Source: Chromera velia
Lineage: Eukaryota
Direction: 5' to 3'
DNA length: 46,397 bases
Assembly: GCA_018398765.1 (NCBI GenBank)
Contig: JAHBMJ010000500.1
Coordinates: 1 to 46,397, forward strand
This document shows positions 22,377-35,613 of this stretch, in pieces (position 1 is the stretch's first letter; every line of letters begins with the position of its first letter). Under the pieces are notes generated by a model that ran no database searches, was not told where the DNA came from, and was given only the letters and a program-made list of their open reading frames with translations. The translations under genes were made by a program, and so were the position numbers.

Positions 22377-23756
22377 TTTGCAGACAGCAGAAGCGTCTCT
22401 TCAGGAGGAGACAAAACTCTGAGGGCTCTTTCCCGACTTTCAAATCCAGACAGCGAATCAAGACAAGAAGCAACTCAAAAACCACGGTTGGGCCAGAGTC
22501 ACCGGATTCAGTTTCTCTCTCTCTTCAGGAAAATAAACCTCGCAGGCAGCTGCAGGGTTGAAATGCAAGCAAGTACACAAGGGAGAAGTGGTTTTGTAAC
22601 GCTGTCCCTCCAAAAGAAGGAAGAGCCGATTTGTTTAAGGAAGGGAACTTGAATGAGGAGACCAACTGCATGGGTTTTCTGACCGTAATTTCATCTCACC
22701 GATACATTTCTTTTGCCGGGGTCCTTAACCGGGCCGCTACGAGCGCACCTTTCATTCGTGACCACGGCATGCCACACAATTTTTCCGCTGGGCCCCCATC
22801 ACACTTTGGGTACGTGCCCCCCACACCACACGCGCGGTCGAATTCGTTGTCGCAACTCCGTGCGAATGGTCGAGATTTCAGCGATCTGCACAGATTAATG
22901 CAGGTTAACATAGATCTACAAAACCCTCAATCATCGATCTGCAAAAAGGGGGATCTGCAATAGTATAGGGCACTGAGAAATAGGCAGAAATAGGCAGAGC
23001 TGTACAGAGTTGATCTTACCTAATTTTAACGATATCTAGTGATGCAAGCTGGTACCAGGTGGATTAGCGTTTTTCACTACTTTTGACGTATAACATTTTT
23101 TATTGTGTATGCTGTAGTATGCTACATAATATCGTGTTTTATATATGAGGGAGGGATCTAACCTAGTTTATCAAAAGGTTCCATTTTTTTCTGTTAGTTT
23201 CGAATCTAGAAAATGAATAAACTAGGTAAAACTGGGTTGACTCCGCTCTACTCTACTATACCCCGCATCCTCTCAAAACCCCGTATATATGGATATGGCA
23301 TACATATATTTTAATATCTATTCACATTAAAACATATCGAACCTTCAATCATCTTGCTGTAATAGCTCGTAGTAACCTTAGAACTTAGTAACCTAGGTAG
23401 TAGCCCACACTCTAACATGTTCTCACATTGCTTTGACAATCTTCTCTGACAAACTCCAACAACATACATGTTTATAGAGTTGACCGTTAACAGTCACCAT
23501 TGACTAAACACCGTGCTACATATTTTTTCCCCATAGAATTATAATAAGCTGCCCAGGAGCTTAGCGCTCCAACTGGGGTTAAGCACCCTTAGGGACTCTC
23601 TAACTAACTCTAAGTAGGAAACACGTATCCAGACATATTATTTTTTAAAAAGATATTTTATTTAAATTTAAAAATTATAGCAGAGGTAAAAATTGAGTCT
23701 CATGGTAATACATTGTATTCAAAAAAAAAACCTGATTGCAAAAAATATGAGAGATG

Positions 23757-23990
23757 AACCTCCCTGAACCTAAGTACCACTTAAAAAAAAATAATCAAGA
23801 TGGTTTCTATCTGCGGCATTGTTTTTCAAAAGACCGTCCACGCTTGCGGCGTATACGGTCAAGACACCGTCCAGATATACGGCTGTGGCTTTCAAGACAC
23901 CGTAAATAATCCGCGCCTGCGGCGCGGACTTTCAAGCTTATCAAAAAATACGGCTTAAACTTTCAAGTGGTACTTAGGTTCAGGGAGGTC
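23757..23990. mobile_element. MITE (234 bp) with ~30-bp TIRs and 8-bp TSD
   Basis: AACCTCCCTGAACCTAAGTACCACTT ... AAGTGGTACTTAGGTTCAGGGAGGTC; GAGAGATG duplicated at 23749-23756 and 23991-23998. Confidence 0.9.
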
Positions 23991-24416
23991 GAGAGATGCT
24001 TAGAGATGATGAGAGTGCACAAATCTTGTTTGGTCCATCGAAGGCAGATCGAAGGCGCATCAAAGGCATACATAGACGGGAGGGGTATAGAGGGGTACTG
24101 TCGATCATCTTTGTCAAATCCCCGTATGTAAGAACAAAGTTTGCACAACTGAAGGGGCGGAGAATAAAATTTTTAAATGCAATGACTGGCACCCACCCAG
24201 CCAGGCCGCCCATGAACGAGAGAGAATTAATTGATTGCTCAAAATTGCAAAACAGTGACATAACAGTGACACACGCCTTTACTTTCTTCTGCATACTCTT
24301 CTCTCATTGCAGGGATGTAATCTTTCACGTTTGTCGGCATGTTTTTCTCTGTCTCTGTCCGCTTATTCCCCACGAGCATGACTGCCTGCCCTGACGAACA
24401 CCATCTGTTGCCGATC

Positions 24417-24824
24417 CTATCGCATTTGTTTCTCTTCTTCCCATCTTATAAGTTTGTCACAAATGGTAAAAAATTTGCAGCCATGTCTTTTCACCTTCTT
24501 CTCGTCCTTCATGCCTCGCCAGTAAACCTTCCCCCCGCATTCCTTCGCATACAGAAGCACACGTCGCAGCCTCTTCATACCTCTTGTTGAGCCAGCTTGC
24601 ATGACCAACTGTGATTTACCAAAAGCAGTGCAGTTGAAGACGTTTGTTGCCAGCGCTTCCACTACCAGTGAAGCAGCGTTTGGAACCTGCCCCCGAGAGG
24701 CAGAGCAGCCCGCAGTCTCTTCACTGTTGTCACGTACAGTGTGTGCAGAGCGGCGAGGAGTCTCTTCACCGTCGTCACGTGCAGTGCGTGAAGAGGGACT
24801 CGCATTAGGGCGGTTTTTCTGCAA
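24417..24824 (-). other. Possible exon or pseudo-exon of an unidentified multi-exon gene (further candidate exons near 25180-25285, 25480-25700 and 25910-26100)
   Basis: GC-richer protein-like open frame, with nearby donor-like sites (CAG|GTAGAC at about 25182, G|GTGAG at about 25910 on the minus strand). No recognisable domain. Confidence 0.25.
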
Positions 24825-25004
24825 GAAACAAGAGAATCACAGTTTGGTTGGGTGTGGCACAAAAACAATTTAAAGGCGCACGGAGCCCAAAAAAAGGAAT
24901 CAAGCTTTACACATCAACCTTTCTAAGACTTAAAGTTCCCCCTTGTTTGTTTAATTTTCTTCTTTCTTTAAACTTTCGTAATCTCCCTAGCTCTGTTTCT
25001 TTTC

Positions 25005-25145
25005 TTTTCTTTGCCTTCCTTCCTTGAAAAAGCTTCTTCCTTCCTTCCTTCCTTCCTTCCTTCCTTCCTTCCTTTCTTCCTTCCTTCCTTCCTTCCTTCC
25101 TCCTTTTTTTCTTTTTTTCTTTTTTTTTTTTCTTTCTTTCTTTCT
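25005..25145. repeat. (TTCC)n/(TTTC)n microsatellite
   Basis: Visible tetranucleotide runs. Confidence 0.9.
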
Positions 25146-26360
25146 ATTTTAAATTGTTTGCACGTCTGTCTACCTGTCTACCTGTGGAAGGGTACCAGAG
25201 CTCCAGGCCTTAAGCGTACTCTGCGGCCCTTCTTTGCCCAGTGCAGGCTTCTGCCTTTGCACTTCTACTTTCTTTCCATCTGGACGTGTTCGTTTCCTTT
25301 CAGACAGAAAGACAGACAGACAGACACTTAGTCATCAAATCTTGGTGTTTTCACTTGCAAAAACACTCATGTTTTTAGCAATATAATTGCGACAGAAAAG
25401 AAAGACAGAAGGGCAGATAGATATGAATGAATGCACAGAGACAGGCAGAAAGGACGAAAGTAAAAAAAGAGCTCGCCAACGAACCTCTCGGCAATTTCCT
25501 TATTACGACCGTGCGGCGTCTCTTCTCCTCCAGTGGATTGTCGACCTGCAAAACGGTTTGCGACCCCTAAGGCGAGATTTGAGATGAACAGATCGTCGAT
25601 CTCTCTTTCTTGAAGATGAGTAGCTGTTTTAAGGACGGCAACGATTCAAGGTGACAGCAGGCAAGTCGGTGTAAGCCGGGGTAGGTCGAAACGAATGAGG
25701 ACATCCTTCCTTTGTGTACGTACACGTGAATCTCTGTGTGACAGGCTGGTTAGAACATGTTGGGACACGTACATGAAAGGACGAAATGACAGGGCAGGCT
25801 GCAGTCTGCTCTCAGACTGAAAGATGGGGAGATGTGCGGTGCTTCTTTGCCGCTCTCTCTTGCTCTATTCTCTAGCTTTTTTCTTCATGCACTGACCTGG
25901 ATGGTCTCACCGACGTCCGTCATCGAGACAGTGGGGGCCAGGACAAGGAGCAGTCATGCGAGGAGTGAGGAAGGGGGGGCTGTCGGAAGCGACTCGGATG
26001 CGTTGGTGTCTGCCCCTGGAATGATGGATACGTCGGCTGCCAAATGCGGCTTTTTTCTGTGTTCGAGAAAAGGGGATTTCGCAAGGAAAGAAACACCGCA
26101 CCGCAGGTAACGAGGCGAAAAGTGTTTTCTCATACGCTTTGCTCATGCATGATCACTCGATCCTCGATCATGCAATATTAATATCATTCGTTCATTCATT
26201 TTCTCATCGATATATAAGTACATTTAAAAATGCATATATATATACATGAGACGCTATAAACAGAGTAAGAGAGTTTAGCGTGTTGCATCGCGCATGTTGC
26301 AAATTGCATGCATGCGCATGTTGCAATGATCATCCGCGCGTGTTGCACAACTATATATAT

Positions 26361-27026
26361 ACCCCTGCCCTTGAATTTGGCTATGGGGGGGCGGTCTATC
26401 CTAGACAATCTTTTGACCCGTCGGGCCAGCACCCCCAAATACCCCCAAAGACGGTCCGGTGCAGTTAGTCTTGGGTACCTACATACATTAAACAAACAAC
26501 AGTATGCCGTCTCCAATAATTCAACTGGGATGCTCGTATACATTCACAAGAAAGGCGAGGGGGGGACACACTGACCAGCAAGACACGCACATACGGCCAA
26601 AAGGGCCATCCCTCTCTACGCAATATAATTATACTACTTTCGACAAAGAGAGAGCAACCAATCTTCAGTCAAAATGCTGGCCTGTGTTTGTTCCCCCCTG
26701 TTCATAAAGCAGGCAACACATGAAAAATCGAACCCTAAAAGTCGATATTTTCATAAAATAACCTGCGGGAGTTTTCCGGAAAAGTCAAAGGACTACAGAA
26801 CAACACTTCAAAGAATCAAAGAAGCCGTCTATCATCTCTCACTTCAACAATTCACACAGAAAAGAAAACAAACTCTGACTAAGTCTGATTGGTTGTTAAT
26901 ACATGTACGCATGATTCAAGTATAGTAGGTCCCTGGCGTAGAGGCCCGGGCCCTGGCATGAGTACTCTGTATTAGAGGCCCGCACGTACATTTTTTTCCC
27001 CCATAGTCAAATTCAAGGGCAGGAGT
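26361..27026. mobile_element. MITE-like TIR element (~665 bp)
   Basis: ACCCCTGCCCTTGAATTTGGCTATGGGGG at 26361 and CCCCCATAGTCAAATTCAAGGGCAGGAGT ending at 27026 (2 transition mismatches). Flanks are TA-rich; TSD ambiguous. Confidence 0.75.
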
Positions 27027-27799
27027 TTATATAGCGTGCATGCATGCATGTGAAAATGCGGTTATTCTATAGCAGGACTGAGTATTTTATCACACGATCA
27101 CCCCTGTCATAATTATCGATACGCGCGTGCAACCTCACGAATGCATGTGGGCCCTTTTCACGCGCCGCTGCACATATGCATGTACATACAGGTCAGTCAG
27201 AGCTCAACTCAACCCTGAAAGTCGAAGTCCAAAATAGAAGAAAAAACTAAGAGAATATATACTTGCAGTAGCAATATGAAGTGACTGTCTAGAATGAACA
27301 GATGATGTAACCATTGAACTGAACATATAATACCATATATGATTAGAATGAATAGATTCATTTATTGACTGATGAATTGTGACCAATATAATTCTCTAGA
27401 CTTATAAATTTTTACCAGTCTTGCAAGGTCCGCACGGTGCCCGAAGGGCGCCGCCACTTTTATAATAATAATTCTGTCAAGGGTAGTTAGGGGTGATTAT
27501 ATCTGTCTCGCTCGCATTGTGCACCAATTTTTTTATCTGTTCTATCCTCAGTCCTACTAATATATATATTCGAGTATTTTTTAGATTCGAACTTAACTTT
27601 TTGATCCAAACTTTTCAGGTATTTTCGAAATAACATTTCATGTTTTAAATTTATGTTTAGATATCTTTGAAATTTTATCAAACAGATTTTTAACTTTTGA
27701 AGTCTATTTGAAACAAAATTTTGTATATTTCAAATTTATGTTTAAATATATGTTTAATATTTTATCAAACACATATCAAACACATTTTTATATTTTAGT

Positions 27800-30423
27800 A
27801 GTTGAACTATAGGGTCCCAGCATCCCAGCCTGCTGTGGGCCGTGAGTCGCACGTCTGGACCTACCGGGCCGAGCGTTCGAGGCCAGCCACGGGGTAATCG
27901 CTTCCATGCAAATTCGATTGATCGCCGCGCGCATTCGCGCACATACCATTTTCCAAGTGCATACCAGGTCTTGTTGAGATCAGATCTTACTAAATTGATT
28001 CGTGAGTTGATCTAGCGACCTGTCCCTTTGAATATAGACTTTCCATCAAGAACTCTGACAGGATGACCTGCCTCTAGCGGGCAGTATGCATATTCGCTCT
28101 CTTTTAGGTCTCTAGTGCGGTTAACAGGAAGGTCTGTCTTCTCTTTGTGTTCCTTTCTGAACAACTGCTGTTATATCTTGTCATCAGATGAATCCTTCCA
28201 CTTCTTCCAATCTGAAGTTCACTTCTGACAAGCCGCCACAAAGGCAGTAAGTCAACTTGTCTGAAGTTTATCTTGAATTGCTTCAACTGTGGGCTAAGGA
28301 GTATACCAGCTATGCTGGACTCCGAGAGCTCAAAGGAGCGATCGACGGCGATCGAGGTTTCTTCATTCCTCGTGAACAGGGCCCTCCAAAGACGGACTGT
28401 GTCTCTGGCTTCTGATCCTCAATATGTTCTTCCGGTTAGGCAGGCTGGCAAGGAACTTGTAGACTTTGAAGACCGTCTTTATGACTGGGCAGAGAAGTTT
28501 TTATAGACCCTCTCTGGCGACAATACGCAGCTTTCTCTGGACCTCTAAAAAGAGACGGCGTGGGCAACCTTCGAGTCCTTCATCACCCTCATCACCGAGA
28601 TCACACCTGTTGGAGTTGCGCTCTCTCTGTCCTTCAAAGAGAAGTACTTTGCCTACAAGGAGTTGCTTACGGATTTGAAGAGCCGGTCCCTGGAGCCCGC
28701 CGATTTCGTCATGGGGGTCAAGTTCTGGTCTTTCCTCCCTGAAGAGATCAAGGCCCTTGCCCGGCGCACCAAGCCGAAGAAGCAGGTTGGAGGTACTGGC
28801 GATCCAGTTTCTGTCAAGCACAGCTGGAAGTACATGCAAGAGGTCATCGAGGAGGCCATAGCAACCCTGGACCAGAAGCACACCTGCCTTGAGTGGGTTA
28901 CATCCGTTTCATCTGGAGTTCTCCGTCTTTGCAGCTCCAGCGACACCTATGTGAAGAAGAGGGAGATTGAGGTTTCCAAGTACCACAAAGACAGGGCACA
29001 TGACAGCACCAGCGGGTCCTCCGGTGCCAGTCTTGAGCAGTTGATTGTTGCGACTGACCTTTCCAGGGATATTCAGTCAATGGATCTTGAGAAGGTCCAA
29101 ATGCTCACCGACTTCTCTCGAAAGTGGAGTGAGAAGATGAAAAGTTCAGGCTGCGGGAACATTGGAAGAAGCAACAACCGGAAGAATCGACAGCAGAGGC
29201 AGCAGCAGTCCCATCAACTTTTTTGAAGGGCAGCAGCAGTCTGATGACAAACAGCAAAGCCAGTCTTCCCAGTCTTCAGGCCAGAAGGGGAGGCAGTCTC
29301 TCTTCAAGGCTGACATCGATAGCATTGCTTCCACGATGTTGAAGATACAAGAAGATAAGAAAGAAGGGGACAGCAGCAGAGAGACAGCAAAGATAACCTG
29401 GAAGAAAGTGAGAATGGCAGTGACATCCTGTGAAGCAGAAACCAACGAGGCCATTCGCTATGGCGGCGGCTTTGTTAATATGGTGTTCGAGCAGCCTCCT
29501 GCCTGGATCCAGAGTTTGCCAATCATAGAATACTCTGACACAGAGCTGGAGGAAGATACTCCAGCTATCGAGGGTAGGACAGACACTGAGGAGACAGAGG
29601 GGGGGCAGCAAGGGGAGCCACGTCGGATTTTTGATATGTTGAATCCTGCCGATCAGGAAGCATGGATGGCTCGCTTTGCAAACTGTATATGAATTTCTTT
29701 TCTTTCCGTTGCATGAGCCTTATTCCTCAAGAAAGGATCCGAAAGGATCGAAATTTGAACATGCATTAATCCAATGACATATTGGAATGAAAGATGACTG
29801 GTTGTTTTTGTGCATACAGTGTGTGTGACTGTAATTCCGCCTTTGAAGATGATCGGCTACTTGCATTGCTGTAATTCCGCCTTTAAAGATGATCGGTCTG
29901 TTGTACACAGAAAGTCATACTGTATAATTCCGCTCTTTCTCCATGATTGCTTTCATTTGATTCCTGTTGAGAACTTAAAGTAAGAACAAGGGGGTTGAAG
30001 CCTTCGAAGCGCAGTTAGTTAGAGCAAGCGGCTGTTTCTTCCCTTTGTATTTCTCTCTTATGTTTCGATTTCGTTCTCTTTGCACAGAAACGTAATCGAG
30101 GGGGGGAGTTGAACTATAGGGTCCCAGCGTTCTAGCCTGCTGTGGGTCGTGAGTCGCACGTCTGGACCTACGAGGCCGAGCGTTCAAGGCCAGCCGCGGA
30201 GTAATCGCTTCCATGCAAATTCGATTGATCGCCGCGCGCATTCGCGTGCATGCCATTTTCCGAGTGCATACCAGGTCTTGTTGAGATTAGATCTTGCCAA
30301 ATTGATTCGTGAGTTGATCTAGCGACCTGTCCTTTTGAACACAGACTTTATATCAAGAGCTCTGACAGGATGACCTGCCTTTAGCGGGCAGTGTGCATAT
30401 TCGCTTTCCCTTAGGTCTCTAGT
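27800..30423 (+). mobile_element. Gag-only LTR element (E4, TR-GAG-like) starting AGTTG
   Basis: 317-bp direct repeats at 27800-28116 and 30107-30423. TSD TTAGT at 27795-27799 and 30424-30428. PPT GAGGGGGGG directly before the 3' LTR. No pol. Confidence 0.88.
28188..29692 (+). pseudogene. E4 degenerate gag-like ORF
   Basis: ATG at 28188; helical, gag-like sequence (LQLWAKEYTSYAGLRELKGAIDG; KFWSFLPEEIK) with a Q/S-rich linker. Stops at about 28248, 28504 and 28546; frameshifts near 28400 and 29220. Gag identity is inferred from position. Confidence 0.55.
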
Positions 30424-30821
30424 TTAGTACGTAACTGAAATAAAATCTCCGTTTTTTTGTTTATTTTGTTATATTTTGCTATATAATATGACAGTTTTAA
30501 CTTTTTATTCATATTTGTTGTACTATTAATAAGTTGTTTATACTTAAATCAGTACTATAAAAATATTTATAGTATAAATTTTTAGCTGAGTTTTAAATGA
30601 ATTATACTAGGAATTATAATTTTAAATTAAATATTCACTTTTTTCTTGTCCTGATCCGGATTGCACAAAGTTTGAATTTAATGAATTGTAATTTCAATTG
30701 ATTGCATACACTCTTTCTGCTCTGTTAACTAGTCTGTTTAATGCAATTGAATCACGCTGAAATAAAACCAGGTCGAAACTTAGTGATTCAGAAAGCACGC
30801 ATGCTATTATATTAACTGGTT

Positions 30822-32146
30822 TTGAAGATGATGATGCCTGTCTGCAAGTCAGACATGGATGCATTAGATGTCCTTCAATTGCGCTTTGTCCATTGGGCTT
30901 TGAATCTGTCTCTCTCTTCTTTCCGTGTACCTATTCTATGTGCTGTCTGTCTACTTCCTGCATGTGTGCATGTGTCGATAAGACTTGCTGGGTATTTGGC
31001 TAACTTAAAACATATTGACCTCAAGATGCCTGCGGGTGCCTGGTCGGCTTTAATGAATGGTGATTGTCCTTCCTCTATGATGCACGCACAAAAATTAATT
31101 AGGTCGACCGGATTGGAAGAATTTGTGACTGTCAATCCAACCATCAGAAGAAAAAAGAAAGCCACCAAAGTTGGCAGTCTCCTTCTCTTAAGAGCAGTGA
31201 TCAACCGGGAAGTTGATGAATGGATTGATAGTTGTCTAGAAAGGGCCGCTTCACGGGGGGCGGTTTTGTAGTTTGGCAGAGGCGTCAGACCGAATATGTT
31301 CCAAACGTCTTATCCTACTGCCCAACGTTCGTCTCTCCTCTTCCTTTCCTCTACTTTTCCTTCATCCCCTTCGTCCCCCCGTTTCGTTTCCCTCCCTCGC
31401 GCTGCGATCTGGTCCTCAGGCCCTTTTTCAGCCTTGCTGTATATGTTGCTTGGTGGTCGCCCCCATGCACCATACAGAGGGCTGGAAGACGCGGTTTGCC
31501 CTGCATGCAGGGGCAAAGCAGACGATCTACTGCACCGACTGACTGAATGCACAGAAACAAGAGCAGATCGAGAGGCTCTGAATGCAATTGTAACCAAAAT
31601 TGAAGCCAAATTAGATAGAGCCCAAAAAAGAGAGACAAAGTGGTTGCTATCGAAAGACTCCACCCCTCTAAAACACGCCACGCAAAGCGAATTGTTGGCA
31701 CGAATGAAGGTCACCCTGACACTCAGACACTCACCCATACCGGCCCTGTGACTCTTGCAAAACATCTGTCTGCGCCCTCCATCGTAAGGCCTGCGATTCG
31801 ATGCATGTGATGGTTACTTACCTCTCTTCCCGTCTCACCTTTGAATGTTCTTCTTTCACCTCCCACGTACATCACCCGTTCCCCCTCTCCACCGGTCTTC
31901 TTGTCTGCCTCTACTGCCTGAGAGTCTCTGTTGCAGTTGTCGTACTCCTCCCACAGAAGGGAAACGACATCAGCGATTTAGAAAGCATATTCTAGATGCA
32001 GGGTGTTTAGAGTTACGAGAGTGAAGCCCCCTCCCGTTGTATGATGCAGGTCTGGCAAAGGGGCAATAAAGCATTGTCCTAGACTCATACACTACATGAT
32101 CGCCTATAGACCGATTAATAATAATAATAATGATGATGATGATGAT
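30822..32146 (+). mobile_element. 5'-truncated non-LTR retrotransposon (LINE) 3' end
   Basis: Post-RT helices (LQLRFVHWALNL...LLP...R...YL) and a C-terminal CPAC-x7-H-x4-C zinc knuckle. Same frame across TAG 31269-31271. AATAAA at about 32065 and a (TAA)n(TGA)n tail at about 32116-32146. Confidence 0.75.
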
Positions 32147-35100
32147 TGAGGGTTAAATCCTAGATCTAGCGACGCCAGATCCCAAACCACTAACAAGGCT
32201 TTGAGGATAGACTTTTGGTAGAGTCCTCTGCATGCAAGTCTCCTACCAATTAATGAGACTATCATACACAGAATCAGCTAGTGCATATAATATTTTGGTT
32301 ATTGAAAAAAAACTTAAATCACTAAACTTTCCTAGAAACTTTCAAAAATACACTTTTAAATGAGGTCATTTTTTAAAGTGGAAAAAAAAAATGATGACAA
32401 AAAAAAAAGGTTTATGACGCTTAAGTTTTTTTTTTTTTAAACGAGATGATTTTATTTCAAAAACACCTAAAAAGTTCGGATTAAAAAGTCAAGTTCGAAT
32501 CTAAAAAATACTTGAATACATATACCTCCATGTGTTTTACTGTCCATATTGTCCGTCATGTGCAGTCCGTATCTATGTGCAGTCCTTCTCTTTGCCCTTT
32601 TCCCTGCCTTTTTCCCCCCCTTAATTATTATTTCTTTATTTCTTTATTTCTTTATATCTGTGCTATTGATATTAGTTGACACCCGGCCCGTTGACAGACT
32701 ATTCTTTACGTACCTTAGTCTATGTAGATAACTTTAAAAGATCTTTTAATTCTTCCTGCAAGAAGAATTAAAATACAGGAAGAATTAAAAGATCTTTTAC
32801 TATATATGATTAGAATGAATAGATTCATTTATTGACTGATTAATTGTGACCAATCCGATTCTCTGGACTTATAAATTTTTACAAGTCTTGCAAGGTCTGC
32901 ACGGCGCCCGAAGGGCGCCGCCACTTTTATAATAATAATTCTGTCAGGGGTGATTATATCTGTCTCGCTCGCATTGCGTACTCATTTTTTTATCTGTTAT
33001 ATCCTCAGCCCTACTATATATACTCCCATGTGCTTTACTGTCCATATTGTCCGTTATGTGTAGTCTGTGTCTATGTGCAGTCTATCTCTTTGCCCTTTTC
33101 CCTACCTTTTTCCCCCTTTAATTATTATTTCTTTATTGCTTTCTTTCTTTATATCTGTGTTATTGACATTAGTTGATACCCGGCCCGTTGATAGATTATT
33201 CTGATTTGTTCCTCCTGTCCGGCCACTTTATGGCGTCCAGACAGAAGGTAAAACAAGGATAAGAACTTTAAGAAGATCTAGAGAAGGAACATGAACAACA
33301 CTCCGTCAGGCAACAGTTTACAGAAGGTTTGTCCCTACATCAGTTTAAGTTCTAGCGCGATCTGGTATTTCAATCGGCTGGATTCATTCTATCATTGCAC
33401 AATTTCCACTTATGTTTCTCTCTGTTCCTCTCTCTCAGAGTCTTAGACTCCCAATCTATGATAAACAGACATTCAATTTAGCCTTAAACGATATGCTATC
33501 CGTTGCTTGAGTAACATATTGCATGCTTGAATACGAAGGTCAGACTTGACTTCAACAACTTTGATTGATGCACGCGTAACACGTACGAAGCAAAGCGCGG
33601 CGGCAGAATGTGGCGCGGCACGCTAGCTTACTCAGTCACGGCGCCGTGCATGCGAAGGCTCAAAGGGCGGCGCCACAGGGTAGGACTTCACAGATCCCCC
33701 CCGGCCACAGACAGGAAAATCGCGTCCTTACGATCAACAAATGAAAAGACCAAGCATGCGCTTCAATACCTAAAATAGATCTCATCCAAGTCGCCGTAGA
33801 TGTAACACACAGTTGTTAGAGCTCCGAAAACTCTATCTCGATGGCATCCGTGTCGAAATATTTAAGGCACCACATGAATCAGAACGATCTTAAAACGCCA
33901 CGATGTGTGAGGCGTGCTTGCAAATCCAAAATCACCTAGAGATAGACACCTAATGCAGATACTGCTGGCACCAATAAAAGCACCTGTTCAGCGTCTGTGT
34001 ATGTCGTTGACCGGAAGATTCGATCGGAGTCGTGGGTCTCCAGCACAAGCCAGTTTAAGAGCACGATGCCCATACGTATGCATCCAACTCGGTGTTAACG
34101 AATTGTTAACAGCTGCAAAGGGATGGAGAGAAAAGAAAAAAGTGCAACTATATACTGCTCTACTCACGGTTTTCTGTAAGCTTGTTTGCGTGCTGTCCAT
34201 CCTTGTTCTCACTAAGCTACCATACCAAACCAAGTAACTCTAGAACCTCCTGTCATGACCTCACTCCTCGAGGTGCATTGCTCTGATTGTTCGATTGTTT
34301 AGTTTATGAGCAGCCATCACCAGCTTCAAATCCTTCCACCTTCTTACTGTCAGTCGAGAGGAACGGTACAACCGGGACATATCGACCCATCACAGGGCAA
34401 CCTGGCCACGCGGCAGCAGTTACACACTTGACTTTTCATACTTCAGGCTTGCCGTTCCCTCATTGACAGGGGCATCACATACATCGGATGCCTCCTGGCT
34501 TAACATCAAGATCGAAAGTGCAAGTCTCTTCAGCTTCAGACAGCTTCTTATTGTGCAGCAGAAAGAACTCTCTCAGCTTCGCTCTCTCGGAGGGAAGTCC
34601 CGACGACTTTATGTGCGTGTGTATAAAATGGATAGAGTGGTCGTAGGGCCATAGCACACTCAGCCTCCTGCTAAGCACCCATACCTTTCGCATCATTTCA
34701 ATACAAAAAGATTATCGCACAAAGGTGCCAACCACCGTGAATAAGCGCATACACCACCTGACAGAATCAGACTATATGCGGACAGTCGTTCATATGCAGA
34801 TACGCACGCAGCAAACAGTAGAGTCAACGCCGGACATGCACACGCCGGTTCTGATCGATTAGGTACAGAACTAGTCATATACACTCACAGAACAGCAAGC
34901 AAAAGAAGCAATCTACTGGCCGTTTCATTTGCGATGCACTCATAGACGGCAATTTCCGTGAGGTGGAGTCACTCTAAAGTTTAAACAACACCAAGCAACA
35001 TCTTTATGATCGGTTCTATGCAGAGGTCTCCGATCCACTTCTTCAATCAGGAACGCCACCCCAAGTTCCCAGTGTACCACGATAATCTTGAAAAGAGGGC

Positions 35101-35613
35101 CCCGGGCAGCTTGGAATGCAAGGGGACGCTGAATTCCCCCACTCATGGTCTTTGCCTGACCGTGCCCATATCGTTGCAATCGGCTTTCAACTGTTGCGCA
35201 AAAAGAAGATCTGATCTCCATCACAGAAGGAAAACGAGAGTCGACACTCATCGAGTTGGGTGTTTACCACAATGCTTTATCCCTCCTGTTCGGCCACTTT
35301 ATAGCGTTCAAACAGAAGGTAAAGCAAGGATAAGAACCTTAGGAAGATCTAGAGAAGGAACGTGAGCAACACTCCGTCAGGCAACAGTTTACAGAAGGTT
35401 TGTTCCTACATTAGTTTAAGTTCTAGTACGATCTAGTATTTCAATTGGCTGGATTTATTCTATCATTGCACAATTTCTACTTATGTTTCTCTCTGTTCCT
35501 CTCTCTCAGAGTCTCAGACTCCCAATCTACTAGCCCGATCTAGAACAAACAGACATTAGCCTTAAACGATGCTATCCGTTGCTCGAGTAACATATTGCAT
35601 GCTTGAATACGAA

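Larger units (their letters stand above)
27565..32520. mobile_element. Non-autonomous TIR DNA transposon (TA target) hosting E4 and a LINE
   Basis: TIRs of 55 bp or more (TATTCGAGTATTTTTTAGATTCGAACTTAACTTTTTGATCCAAACTTTT versus the reverse complement of 32470-32520). The empty site is visible in the sister repeat at about 33010-33025 (CTACTATATATACTCC). Ends are uncertain by about 4 bp. Confidence 0.75.

Noticed and set aside
27430..27460. Helitron 3' end
   Set aside because: A GC hairpin is present but no CTRR terminus follows at the expected distance.
30748..30790. Hammerhead-like hairpin TGAATCAC...CTGA...CGAAAC...GTGATTCA
   Set aside because: An 8-bp stem is present, but the core lacks G8/A9 and a valid cleavage triplet.
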